Of a stretch of DNA of 64,000 nt, positions 50,526 through 61,897 are shown in pieces. Position numbers and translations under genes: made by a program. A model generated the notes under the pieces. The model had not been told where the DNA came from. It ran no database searches and saw nothing but the letters and a program-made list of their open reading frames with translations. The stretch's first letter is position 1. Every line of letters begins with the position of its first letter. The stretch is from Marsupella aquatica (Eukaryota > Plantae > Marchantiophyta). Location: contig OZ316895.1 in assembly GCA_973895155.1 (NCBI GenBank), forward strand, positions 14,194,225 to 14,258,224, in the 5' to 3' direction.

Positions 50526-50826
50526 CTCAGAGGTCTCACTCCAAGGGAGGCCCCACATCACGCGTGAAGTTTTCAAATAATAAACACCCTAAAAATTAAG
50601 AAAATAAAATAGATTTTTTCTATTTTTCCTAAATTGATGGAATATTCCAGAAATAGTCACACATTTGAGACTAAAAAACCCATATAGCTCTTATAATTCT
50701 CAGAATTGGATTAAAACACCACTGTATTTTTTCCAAAAAAATTAATTAAGTCTTCTGCGCAATTGAATTTAAAAAACTCTTTCTTTGTGTGCAATGGGTT
50801 GAAAGAGAAGAAGTGAGGACCCCAGG
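50526..50826 (+). mobile_element. MITE (family 2), 301 bp
   Basis: Ends ctcagaggtctcact...agtgaggaccccagg; perfect 8-bp TSD CAAACATC. Confidence 0.85.
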
Positions 50827-51566
50827 CAAACATCAACCGTAGTGTCAAACAAAATATACGTCGTTCGGCCGCACGACAACACAAAGCCTCGCTGTTAGAT
50901 CATGTATACATTGACAATAATGTATACAAAGACCCTAATGTTTGATGAACCAAGCATTATGCAACCACAACATACACAAAGCTTTGTAGACATTGACATC
51001 CATGTATAAAAAATGTATTATATTATAATAATTAGCCAACTTAGGGTTTGGAGTAAACCAGAGCAAAGGTGTGTAAAGGCTAAATATGCACGGGAATATG
51101 CATATATCTTGAACCAAATACATTCTTGACAATGTGTTTAGAGGAGGACCCACCAAATCACTGACCTCAAGTTACAAAAGTTTTGCAGATTCCTGTCATT
51201 TTACATGACATTTTTTATGCACATGCTTTGCATGTGAGCTAGCTTGGACAGCAAGGTTGTGAGTGTTTCCACTCCCCTAATGTGTAGAGGATGCTTAGAG
51301 GGAGGTGTTAGGCATGGAGGACAATGAGTCAATGCATTTGTGGAGGTGATCTTTGGGAGGTCCATGTCTCCTACCATGAGAGGGCAAGAATGCAAGACAC
51401 ACATGAACATCTGAGGACTTGAAAGAATGTTGGATGACAAAATTGCTAAAATAGATGCCATAAAGGGCGGGCACATCTAAATTTTGAAAATGCCTTTAAA
51501 AGTTGTATACACTCCGACAATGTCTTCATAAAATCAGGGAGGTTTGGGGGTGACAGAGCTTGCAAG

Positions 51567-51864
51567 CTCAAGGGTTTCACTTCTATAGAATCGGCACATC
51601 ATGTGCGACGAAGAATAGGGTAGTTTTACTGGTTTTAAGGGAAGACTTAGAAAATTTTGTGGAAGAACTTTTAGGGTCTTTGAAATCCAATTTGGAGTCC
51701 TGTAAGAACATTAGGGTCATTTTAATGATTTTTTTGGAATATTCCAAGAATATTCTAACTTTATGGGGTTTTGAAAATAAATATTTTTTCTTACATTTTA
51801 GGGGGTGCATGGCTTAAAAACGTCGCAGGTGATGGAGGGGGCCCTATGTAGTGAGACTCCCAAG
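51567..51864 (-). mobile_element. MITE (family 1), 298 bp
   Basis: Reverse homologue of 10780-11076; perfect 8-bp TSD CTTGCAAG. Confidence 0.88.
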
Positions 51865-52749
51865 CTTGCAAGCTCCAATGAGGTTGTCAACTCTTTTCTT
51901 TGTGTTGTGAATACTAAAGTGACAATGTATGCTGAAAAGCTGAGAGGCCAGGCACAAAGGCGCTTGCATGCTCTGATGCCGTTGCAAACTTGAATGTTCA
52001 TTTGTAGTTTGAATACAAAAACCATATTGTGAAAAAAAATAAGAAGCCATCCGCCGTGCTCCAATGCTCCATTGAGGCTAGGGGCTATATATGGCGTTTG
52101 CACGATCCATGCACTGCGTAGTTATGGTCGGCCTTCTACACACGACCAACCATGGTGTCCGCAGGGTACTCAATGAACCTGAAATGTGTGGTAAAGCGTT
52201 TCACAAGAATATTGTTGTACCGAGTGGGCGTGGAGGCCCATTGGGAGGGAATCTGAAACTTCAGGTCCACTGGGAGACGGGCTGGGAGAGAATCTACATC
52301 TGTTGGTCTGTTAACTAGAAAAGTTAGGTTTGGAGGTCCATTAGGTATATGTCTCTCTCTTCTTCTGGCCCCTTGGTCCATTCCTATTTTGAGTCATTTG
52401 CATTAAGAGGGAACCCACAAGTCATTCATAGGATCTTCTCTTGTCACATCTACAAAGACTTTAACCACATATACATGAAATTCAGGTGGAGTGGGTCCTC
52501 AATCTGTCTTTTAGCAACTTAATCTAGCACCAGGCTGCACTTACTTAGCTTTATTACACCTTGGGGGCTATAAAAGGATTCCAAAAATGCTTTTAGTACC
52601 CAAACACCTAATTTAGTGTGTGCCATGGCCCTCCAGTTTGCTGTGGTAGAAAAAGCTCCCAAGTTCCCCCAATGTCTTGTAAAGTCATCCTTATTGAATT
52701 TATTGAATGATCTACTTCTATAATATAGCTCAATACCCGTGCGTTGCAC

Positions 52750-53235
52750 AAAAGATGTCGTGACGGCCAAGATGTCGTTCCCGATGTCCTTGAGAACAAA
52801 AGAGGTCATGTCGGCCAAGAGGTTGTTGAGAATAAAGATGTCATGTCGGCCAAGAGGTAGTTGAGAAGAAAGGTGTAGTGTCGGCCAAGAGGTCGTTGAG
52901 AAGAACGATGTTGTGTCGCCCAAGATGTGAGAACAAAAGATGTTGTGTTGGCCAAGATGCTGGTGATAACAAAAGATGTCGTGTCGGCCAAGAGGTCATT
53001 GAGAAGGAAAATGTCGTGTTGGCCAAGAAGTCGTTGAGGACAACAGATGTCATGTCTCCCATTCAAGATGTTATTAAGAAAAAAGATGTCGTGTCATCTA
53101 AGATGTCATTAAGAAAAACAAATGTTGTGTTGCCCAAGATGTTGTTGTTTAAAAAAAAAGATGTGGTGTCACCCAAGATGCCGTTAAGAAAAAAAGATGT
53201 GGTGTCGCCCAAGATGTTCTTAAGAAAAAAATCTT
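52750..53235. repeat. ~35-bp tandem satellite, about 13 degenerate units
   Basis: Consensus approx AAAGATGTCGTGTCGGCCAAGAGGTCGTTGAGAA(N). Confidence 0.9.
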
Positions 53236-53396
53236 GCGCAAAAAATGAGTAACAACAACCACAAAGTATCACCAGTCAAGAATGATTTTTGTCTTTGTAT
53301 TTTTCATTTTGTAATTCCTTGAAAACCTTTAACTTCTCCCCCACCCACCTTTTAGGCCTTTTCTACTATTTTTTGGTTTGATCTTTTCTATTACAT

Positions 53397-54039
53397 CCCG
53401 GTTTGACCTTGCCCGTCAAACTGACAAAAAATCACCGGCAAATCGGCAACCCGGCACCCGGGTTCGGGAACAGTCCTGGCCGGGATACGTTTGGGAGACG
53501 ATTGGGCCGGGTCCGGGCCGGGTTTGGGCAAGGTTCGGGGGAGTTCGGGCGAGGTTTGGGGGGGTTCCAGGGGGGTCGGGGGGTCGGGGGTCCGGGAGGT
53601 TCGGGTTCGGGGGAGCTGATCCGGGGGGGTTCGACGGTCCGGGTCTGGGGCGTGGAGGATTAGGGTTCGGGTCGCGGCCCCCCTTTCCCCGGCCCCCTTT
53701 CCCCGACCCCCAAACCCCCTTCCCCCGGCCGCCGACCCCCAAACCCCTTTCCCCGAACCCCACCCCCTTTCCCTGGGCCCCAACCCCAGACTCGGCCCTG
53801 ACCGGCTGCCACCCCAAACCGGGGTCCGGGGGAGTCGGGGAATGGTCCGGGAATGGTCCGGGGGAGTCCGGGAAGAGTTTGGGAATGGTCCAGGTGAGTC
53901 CGGGAAGGGTCCGGGGGAGTCTGGGTGAGTTCAGGAGAATATTATCAAATATCTGTCAAATTGGTCGTTTTCAGGCCGTCATTTGACAGTTTTTGACGTG
54001 CACGGCAAGCCGTCAACTTGCCCGTCACGTTAAACCGGT
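53397..54039. mobile_element. GC-rich non-autonomous TIR element (643 bp)
   Basis: 8-bp TSD TATTACAT (53389-53396, 54040-54047); ends cccggtttgac / gttaaaccggt. Confidence 0.7.
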
Positions 54040-56268
54040 TATTACATTAAGTAATAGTTATAATCATTTAAACTCCTCCTAGGAAGTAGATTACCATGGG
54101 GTACAATGTCTAGGCATGGAGAATACTATTTCTATACATGGGGTTTCGTATGCATGGATAGTACTATACATAGATGGTCCATAAAATACTTGATTATTGT
54201 GTATTGTCATTCCTTGACATTCCCAATTCCCCTTTAGTTCTTGCTTGAAAAACGTGTCACTCTTTATTTTACACTCAATATAATTTAATTTTGTTTTATT
54301 ATTTCTTTTGGTTAGATTTTTTAATTTTTGTGCCCTTCAAATTTGAATGAGGAACACTCTAAAAAGTGGCACAACTGTGTATTATAGGAGTTAATGTATT
54401 CCTAACAAAAATACTCTCTGCTGATTGCTTACAAACTTGGAGCAAGGGAAGAAGACCATATACAATAAAAGCACATCGAAACAGAAATAATGGTTTACGA
54501 GGTCTTCGTTTACCATCCTTAGGTATAGTGACCAACATTTGCTACCTGTAGATTCCACCTCACTTTGTTACTCTTTTGGCAAAAAATTGCTGCTGTAGAT
54601 TTTTTTTGACTTCCATGAGCATACCCCATTGGCCAAAATCTGTTACTTCAGACACGTTGACATTTGGCACCGTGGCAAAAGTTGGAGAAATCTTTAAAAA
54701 TTATCATGGAAGTAAGGGCAAGAGGGCGTATTACAAGTGACAGATTTATATCCACTCCCACAGAACCAAACCAGTACATACTAGGGAGTAGTACAACTCA
54801 GCCAATTTTTGGGTGGCCAAATTAGGCTACACTCTACCTCTCCAAAAACAATTTGCCACTTTTGGCAGGAATCTGCTAGGTTTATTGTTTTCCACTAGCT
54901 GGTGTGGTTTCCCATCTAGCCAGCCTCCCACATAGCCACAAACCCCATTAGCCCAAATCTGATGGCCATCATTACATGAAGGGAGATATAACGGTCAAAA
55001 CATCATTCCAGAAAATTAGGAATTCCTAGCCTCTTCTTCTTCACGAAGGCCTGACATTAACCACAGGGCCAAATTTAGAAAAGCCTTACAAAATACGCTG
55101 GTAAAACTGGCCGAATTATATCCACTACCATAGACCCAAAAACACCAAACGAGGATCCCAGAGGCTAATGCAGTGACACAATAAAGCGGATAAAAGGATC
55201 TCTCAAAGGCTAATGACAGTAACGAGGATAACAAAAAGGACAAACTTTGGAGGCCCAAATAGGCAAAAAGCTCCAGAATCCCCATAGCACAAGAACTATG
55301 GCCATCCTGAGCAGCACGTTTATTCCTTGAAATAAAGTAAGACCAACATATCTTATTCTCGTACTAGTTTTTATTTTATTTTTAAAATAATGGATGCCCT
55401 GGAAAGAGTCAATGTTAACAGGACATCAAGCTTCATAGGTCAATATATTGCGAGCTTCTCTCAGTCACATCTTTAATCAATAAATAATTGTTTTTAGTGC
55501 CAACCTGGATGACACTTCAGGTAAACTCTGTAGTACTTTTGCCAGATGACAACGTTCGCCGATTTAGAGTTTCTTCTGTTTGCATATGAAATTCATAACT
55601 TTTAAGGTTCTTTCTTTCCTGCCAGGGGTGGCTAATAATGTAACCTTGGGAAGGAGAAGATACTAGAAACAATTTTTATCTAAATTTAGCAGATTAATTA
55701 TGACCATGCAATCTCTTGACATAGCCATTAGATTCTGTTGCTAGGTGGGAATCCTGATCCTGATGGAAGACAACAAATATTTTTTGCCAAAAATTGCATG
55801 GTGTCGTGAGGTAATGAGTCTCCAACAGATCTTCTAGTCCGGGAGGTTTTATATATAGGTGTATGTATCATGTACACCCCTGGTTAGGGTGACTTAACCA
55901 GGGTAAACGGTGACTAGACGTGGGGATTATAACACTCCCCCTTGGCTAAATAGTGGTAGCTATGTAGACAACTAATCCTATGAGTCTAGTCTTTGTTGAT
56001 TATGTTTATGGAGTGTATATGATAGGTGTACAAGCGAGGAGGACTGCCTCGTTAAAAAACCTTTATCAACTCTAGCTTAGTAAAAACTCTACCAGTGTAG
56101 TAGAGAAAAATATGAGTGCTAAAGGAAAAAGAGTGCAGTCTAACAGTCCTCGTCGTAATAAATATCAATGTTAAGTAAAGTTAGATGCTATAGTAAATCT
56201 AGCTTTTAACATTTGTCTCATCAGTAGGTTGTCAGCAGCATATCATCAGCATCATGTCGTCAACATCA

Positions 56269-59200
56269 TCAAGTATCATGTGGAGCAGCAGCCTCCACGG
56301 TCATCATGCGTCGCACGCTCCGTAGTCCAATCGCCTGGCAGTGTCGGTGATGGACTGATGGTGATAATGATTTGGTGAAGAGATCCACACAGTTGTCTGC
56401 ACTTGAAATCTGCAAAATGTTGATCTCTTTTCCATGTAACTCGTGAGTGTAGAAAAATTTCGGAGCTATGTGCTTCACGCGATCACCTTTGATAAACCCT
56501 AAACCCTAAACCCTTCACGACCCTTCACGACCCTTCACGACTAGCCTCATGTAACGGCTTCACGACTAGCCTCATGTAGAGCTAAGATTTCTGAGTGATT
56601 CGATGAGGTTGCTGTTAGGGTTTGTTTCACGCTTTTCCAAGAGAAAGCGGTACCCCCTATGGTAAAAACATATCCGGTTTGGGATTTTGCGGTATCAGTG
56701 TCGGAGAGGTATCCGACATCCGCGTATCCTATTAGCTCGTGGTTTGCACCGAATGAGTAAAATAACCCGGTATCGGTGGTTCCACGTAGATATCTAAATA
56801 CGTGCTTAACTCCATTCCAGTGTCTGGCTGTGGGAGTTGCACTATGTCTGGCTAGTAAGTTAACTGCAAATGCAATGTCTGGTCGTGTCTGATTTGCTAG
56901 ATACATTAATGCTCCTATTGCGGAAAGATATGGTGTTTCTAGTCCTAATAGTGGTTCATGTTCTTCGCGCTTGCGAAAAACATCAGTATTATTTTCTAAT
57001 GAACGTACAACCATTGGTGACGTCAATGTGCTAGGTTCATATTGAACTGTTTTAGGATCTTTTCGGTTTGTGTGGTCTGATGGAGCATCATGCCAGTGGG
57101 TAGGATCTCTAGTTGTAAGCCTAAGCAAAAGTTTGTATGTCCAAGGTCTTTCATCTCAAATGTGGATTTAAGACTGGTAATAGTATCTTCTGTAAGTTGG
57201 GGTGTCCCAAATATATTTAAGTCATCAACATAAATAGAAACGATGACATATTCATCATCCACATGTTTAATAAATAAACATGGTGTAATGGCATCATGGG
57301 AAAAACCCATGGCAATCATTTCATCAGTAAATCTTTGATACCATACTCTGCCACTTTGTTTCAGACCATATAATGCCTTCAACATGCAGATAGCTAGTCC
57401 ACGGCGAGTATTCCGTACGGTTGACACAGCGGTGTCATTATTATGAGTTACATGTGTAGATGACACATGAGGTGTAACTTGAGATAATTGTGTGATAATC
57501 TTATGTAAATATGGGATATGCGATTTAGCGCCTTGAGCTAAGGCTCGGCGTCGTTGCTCCAACTCGGGAGGTGATCGCATGTATAGACAAGTGTCTAAAG
57601 TTCCATATAGATATGCGGTTGCAACATCCAGTTGTCGCATTTGTAGTTTATGGAAAATGGCAAATCCGATAAGGTATCGGAATGTTGTGCTATCCATAAC
57701 CGGTGAGTAAGTTTTATCGTAATGAATTCCCGGTTGTTGGGTAAATCCTTTCCCTACCAGACGTGCTTTGTAGCGTACAACTTGGCCTTTATCATTTCTT
57801 TTGTGGACGAATGTCCACTTGTAGCCAATGAGGTGTACGTCTTGCGGTGTTGGCTCGACTGGGCCAAAAGTGTGTCTGCTTAGTAGGAAATCTAATTCTC
57901 CGTTTATAGCTTTTTGCCATTCAGGCCAATCTGGTCTGTTTTGGCATTCTAAGATGGATATTGGTTCTGGTGTTTTGTCTGTGATATGTGTTGCCACCAT
58001 TAATGCAAAAGCATCATCTATTGAAGTAGTATTTCTATCCCACATCGCACCTGTGTCTGCGTAGTGGATAGAGATCTCTTCATGGGATGTAGATTCGGTA
58101 TGATTGACATCAGGTGAAGGTGATATAGATGAACCACGCCTTCGTGGTTGTTTATCTTTTGATCCCAAGGGTCTACCTCGTTTTGCACGAGGTTGGGATG
58201 TACTTGCTGGCTCACTTGATAATTCGATGCGAGCAGATGCTCTCGCAGCTGGAATATGTGAGCGGGTAATTTGTGATGTGTCAATGAAAGCGTCAGGAAG
58301 TTCTTCCACAATCTTGTGGAGTTGCAGAATTCTTTGAACTTCTTTCTCCCCTTGATTCGTTCTAAGGTCTTGCCAAAATGGCGAGTGTCTTTCCCACTCC
58401 AAAGGTGGTTGTGGGTGTTCGGGGGTTTAGGGTGATGTGCAGAAGTCATCAAATGTTTCGGATGTGAATTCCCCTGCATTGTCCACCCTTAGTGTCTTAA
58501 TGGGGTGGCCTGGGAATTGTGCTTTCACGCGCAGGATTTGCGCCAAGATACGAGGCATAACCATGTTCCTCGTTGAAAGCAATGTCACATTTGACCATTT
58601 AGTTGATGCGTCGATTAATACCATGAAGTAGCGAAAGGGTCCGCTCGGTGGGTTGATCGGCCCGCAACATCGGCGTGGATTATTTCCAAGAATTTGGGTA
58701 TTTTGGTTGGCAATTTTGATGCCGTGGGCCTTGTTATTAATTTTCCGCGTGAGCATGCAGTGCATGGGATGCTAGCTGGAATGTGGCGTGTATTGATTGG
58801 AATGCCACTTGAATTCTTAAGTATTTTGCTTAGCATTGATTGGCCGGGGTGGCCAAGGCGTGCATGCCAAAGCGCGGACAATTCACTTGTGTTGGCATTG
58901 TTATGCAAGCATTCAATATGAGTTACATAAAACCCGCAGGGGTACGAGAAAAGGGTTTCTTTAATGATATTCCCCGTAGGGGTATTTTCAACCAAGTGTA
59001 TCACTTCCTGATCTCTGGTATCGCCCGTCTGGACATGTAGTCCGTTTGCTCGTATATCTCTAAAACTGAGGAGATTACGCGTTACGTTCGGGGCAAAAAT
59101 AGCAGATTCTATGTGTATAGCTATACCCTGCGGGAGTCTAATGGAAGCTGGGCCAAAGCCCTCTTCTATTTGGCTAGGGCCATTAATAGTGGTTAGGGAT

Positions 59201-60473
59201 CGACGTGAGGGTGTGATCTTGTGAAAAAGGTGTCGATCCCGGAGGATAGTGTGCGTGGTTGCACTATCTATAATACATGTGCTGGGGCTATTTAGATCTG
59301 GGGTTGTGGAACTACTTGCCACTAAGTGTGCTTCGGATTGGGCAGGTAGATCTGAAAAGTCTTGGAATGGGTCGCTGGACCCCATAAACGCCCCGTGGGT
59401 TTCACGGGGTGGTGCCCTAGAGGTTTGTCCGTCCCTGAGGGATCGTTGATATAGCTCTTTAAGGTGTTGTGGGATTCTATAGTTTCTGGCTAGGTGGTTG
59501 GTCATGCCACATGCATGGCATTTTGGGCATTCCCGTTGTGGTTGGGATTGTGACCAATCATTTTGGCGGTTGTTGTTATATGTTCTTCCATCGCCGCGTC
59601 CGCCGTGTCCACCTCGTCCGCCGTGTCCACCTCGTCCGCCGTGTCCACCTCGTCCTCCGCGTCTGCCTCGTCCTCCACGTCCTCCGCGTCCTCCGCGTCC
59701 ACTAAAGGACCGTCTGAAATTGTATTGTGGGCGTTGGTTAAAGAAACTCCCCCTGTTGGGGTGGTTTCTATGGTTGCCATTCCTACTTCGCTTAATGCCC
59801 TGCTTTGATGTGGAGGGTTCAGCGGTGTCGGTAAGATGTGTTTCACTCTGTGATCCTGAGGGCAGTGTGCCCGCAGGACGTTTTCTAGAGTTAACTAAGA
59901 GGAGTTCTTGGTTTCTTTCGGTGACTAGGAGGTGGGCTATGAGCTCGGAGTATTGCCCGAACTTCATGTTTCGATACTGAGTTGATAGCCACACATTCGA
60001 TGAATGAAATGTTGACAAGGTCTTCTCTAGCAGATCCTTGTCTGTGACCGGCTCGCCACATATGCGAGGGTTGATGTTATTCTAAAGAGTTCGCTATTGT
60101 AGGCTGAAATAGAGGTAAAGTCCTGGACCCGCAGGTTGAGCCAGTCTTGCCTGGCTCTAGGTAATTCAACCAGTTTCCGGTGGTCGAATCGGGTCTGGAG
60201 CGCTATCCATAGTTCGCGAGGAGTCAAAAGGTGCATGTATTGTCTCTGTAGGAATCTATGGATGTGGCGTCTCAAGAATACTAGGGCTTTCGATTCGTTG
60301 GCTTTAGTTAATGGGTCTGGTTGTGGTTCACCGGCAAGGATGGGTTGAGCGAGCCCTATTGCAGGGAGTAGGGTTAGCGAGGTTAGGTTTTCTTTTAGGT
60401 TCATGGACCATTCTAGGTAGTTGCCGCCATCTATTTCTAGGGCTGGAAAGTTAAGTTTCTCTAGGTTGGTCAT
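56269..60473 (-). pseudogene. gag-pol: gag-pol of Bianca-like copia with frameshifts and internal deletions
   Basis: MTNLEKLNFPALEIDGGNY, CIIDSATTHTIL, WHARLGHPG, RVDNAGEF, LYGLKQSG, IYVDDL, KHIAPKFFYTHE. Confidence 0.92.
59590..59700 (-). repeat. 9/18-bp coding repeat encoding a GGR/GGH tract in gag
   Basis: GRGGRGGRGGRGRRGGRGGHGGRGGHGGRGGHGGRG in ORF 58615..60018. Confidence 0.9.
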
Positions 60474-61883
60474 TGGGGTGGTGGCTCGATTCCTTTTAGT
60501 GGTACTTTAGGCTTATTTACTAGTAGGTATAGTAGGAAATGACAAAGCACATTTCTGTGGCATGCAAGGTGGGGCTGGGTGGAGAGAGCATGCAAATCCA
60601 AAATTCAATTTTAGGGTTTGCACTTAGGATTTAGGTTTTCCTTGGTATTTGGTTAACTGCAAAGTTTCCTTTGTATTTGCTCTTTCCTTTGTTAAATTGT
60701 GCAGTAATGAAGTTTTGCAGTCTGTGCAGTTATGGGTGATTCTTTACTCGTACCCTGGTTAATTGCACTTTCGGCTTTGTAAAGTTAATTTTCTTTGTTA
60801 CGGGATGCAGTTATGGAGGTTTTGCGGTTATGTGCGCTTATTTGGTTAAGTGCAACTTTTCCTTTGTAATTGAAATTTCTTTGACGGATTTGCAGTTAAG
60901 GAGGTTTTGCACTTAGCAGCGGTTCTCGAGGTTTTCTCGACATTTTGGCAATTTTGTTGCGAGATTTGTCGAGGTGCCGTCTTGCTTCCGGGGCTCCTTC
61001 GATCACGATTTCATATCCTCTCTCGAGCAATGTCTTCTTGAGGTTCTCCAATCAACCCCGGTTGCTCCTTTGCTTCTCTTTGTCGATAGTTTCTTCCAGA
61101 TTCTCAAGGTACCGATTCTCGCTGTGACTTTCCTGAGCGCTTTCTTCGCCTTATTTCTACACAAGCTCCATGGGACTGCCTTTTTGATGGTCAGAGTATC
61201 AAATGGTAGGGCTGCGCCTTCCTTCGCCTGTGTCACAACGCTATCCTGAATTCTTCTTCCTTTAAATCCAACCATTTCCTGGAATCTCCATAGCCCCTCT
61301 CAAGTTTCTTTGCCTCTTCGTTGTTCTGCTATATTGTCCTTACGAGTTCAAGTCTCAATGTCCCTGTGGCATTTCTTTGAAATTTCGGTGCTGCCTGTCT
61401 TTTCCTTTTTCGGCTCTTACAGATCTTCGATCCTAGTCTCTCAATTCTTATTTCCTCATGATTCCTGGATTCGCCTTGCTACTAATCGTTCTCATTCAAT
61501 CCTGCCTACTCTTTTTGTTTTCTATTGGTTCTTCTCGATTCACTCCGCTCAGTCTGATCGTTAATCTTATACAATCCCATTCACCATTGCAATTCAATTT
61601 TCTGCGCTCGGTGCTCCGTTGTTATCTTTTGGCATATCCTTATGAATGTTGTTTTTGTTTCTCTGCCCTTGGTTCTCTGCTTCTCAACCTCTCGCGCTCC
61701 TCTTATCACTTTTCGGGTCTGTTTCCTTCATTCGTCATCGGGCATTCATCTCCCCTATCCTTTCCTTTAAGCCTTATCGATCTGTTTCCTTATGAGTCTC
61801 GATTCTTGCTTTTCTTAATTTCTTGCGCTCCGCTGGGTCCTCGAAAAAAAAATCTTAGCCTCCTTGCTCAGCCTCGGTGTGTC

Positions 61884-61897
61884 TCGTGCTGATAACG
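61884..61897 (-). promoter_or_regulatory. Primer binding site of Bianca-like element
   Basis: CGTTATCAGCACGA immediately after the 5' LTR. Confidence 0.75.

Larger units (their letters stand above)
52725..54174 (-). mobile_element. Possible non-autonomous Helitron containing the satellite
   Basis: Minus-strand 3' end ...gtgcaacgcacgggtattgagctat (degenerate hairpin and CTRR); candidate 5' TCTATGTATAG at 54174 is tentative. Confidence 0.4.

Noticed and set aside
52750-53235. 35-bp periodic array as CRISPR or a repeat-protein gene
   Set aside because: Contiguous degenerate satellite without spacers; ORFs are by-products
60474-61883. Extra ORF upstream of Bianca gag
   Set aside because: Purine-rich minus strand with many stops; longest ORF 90 aa with no motif
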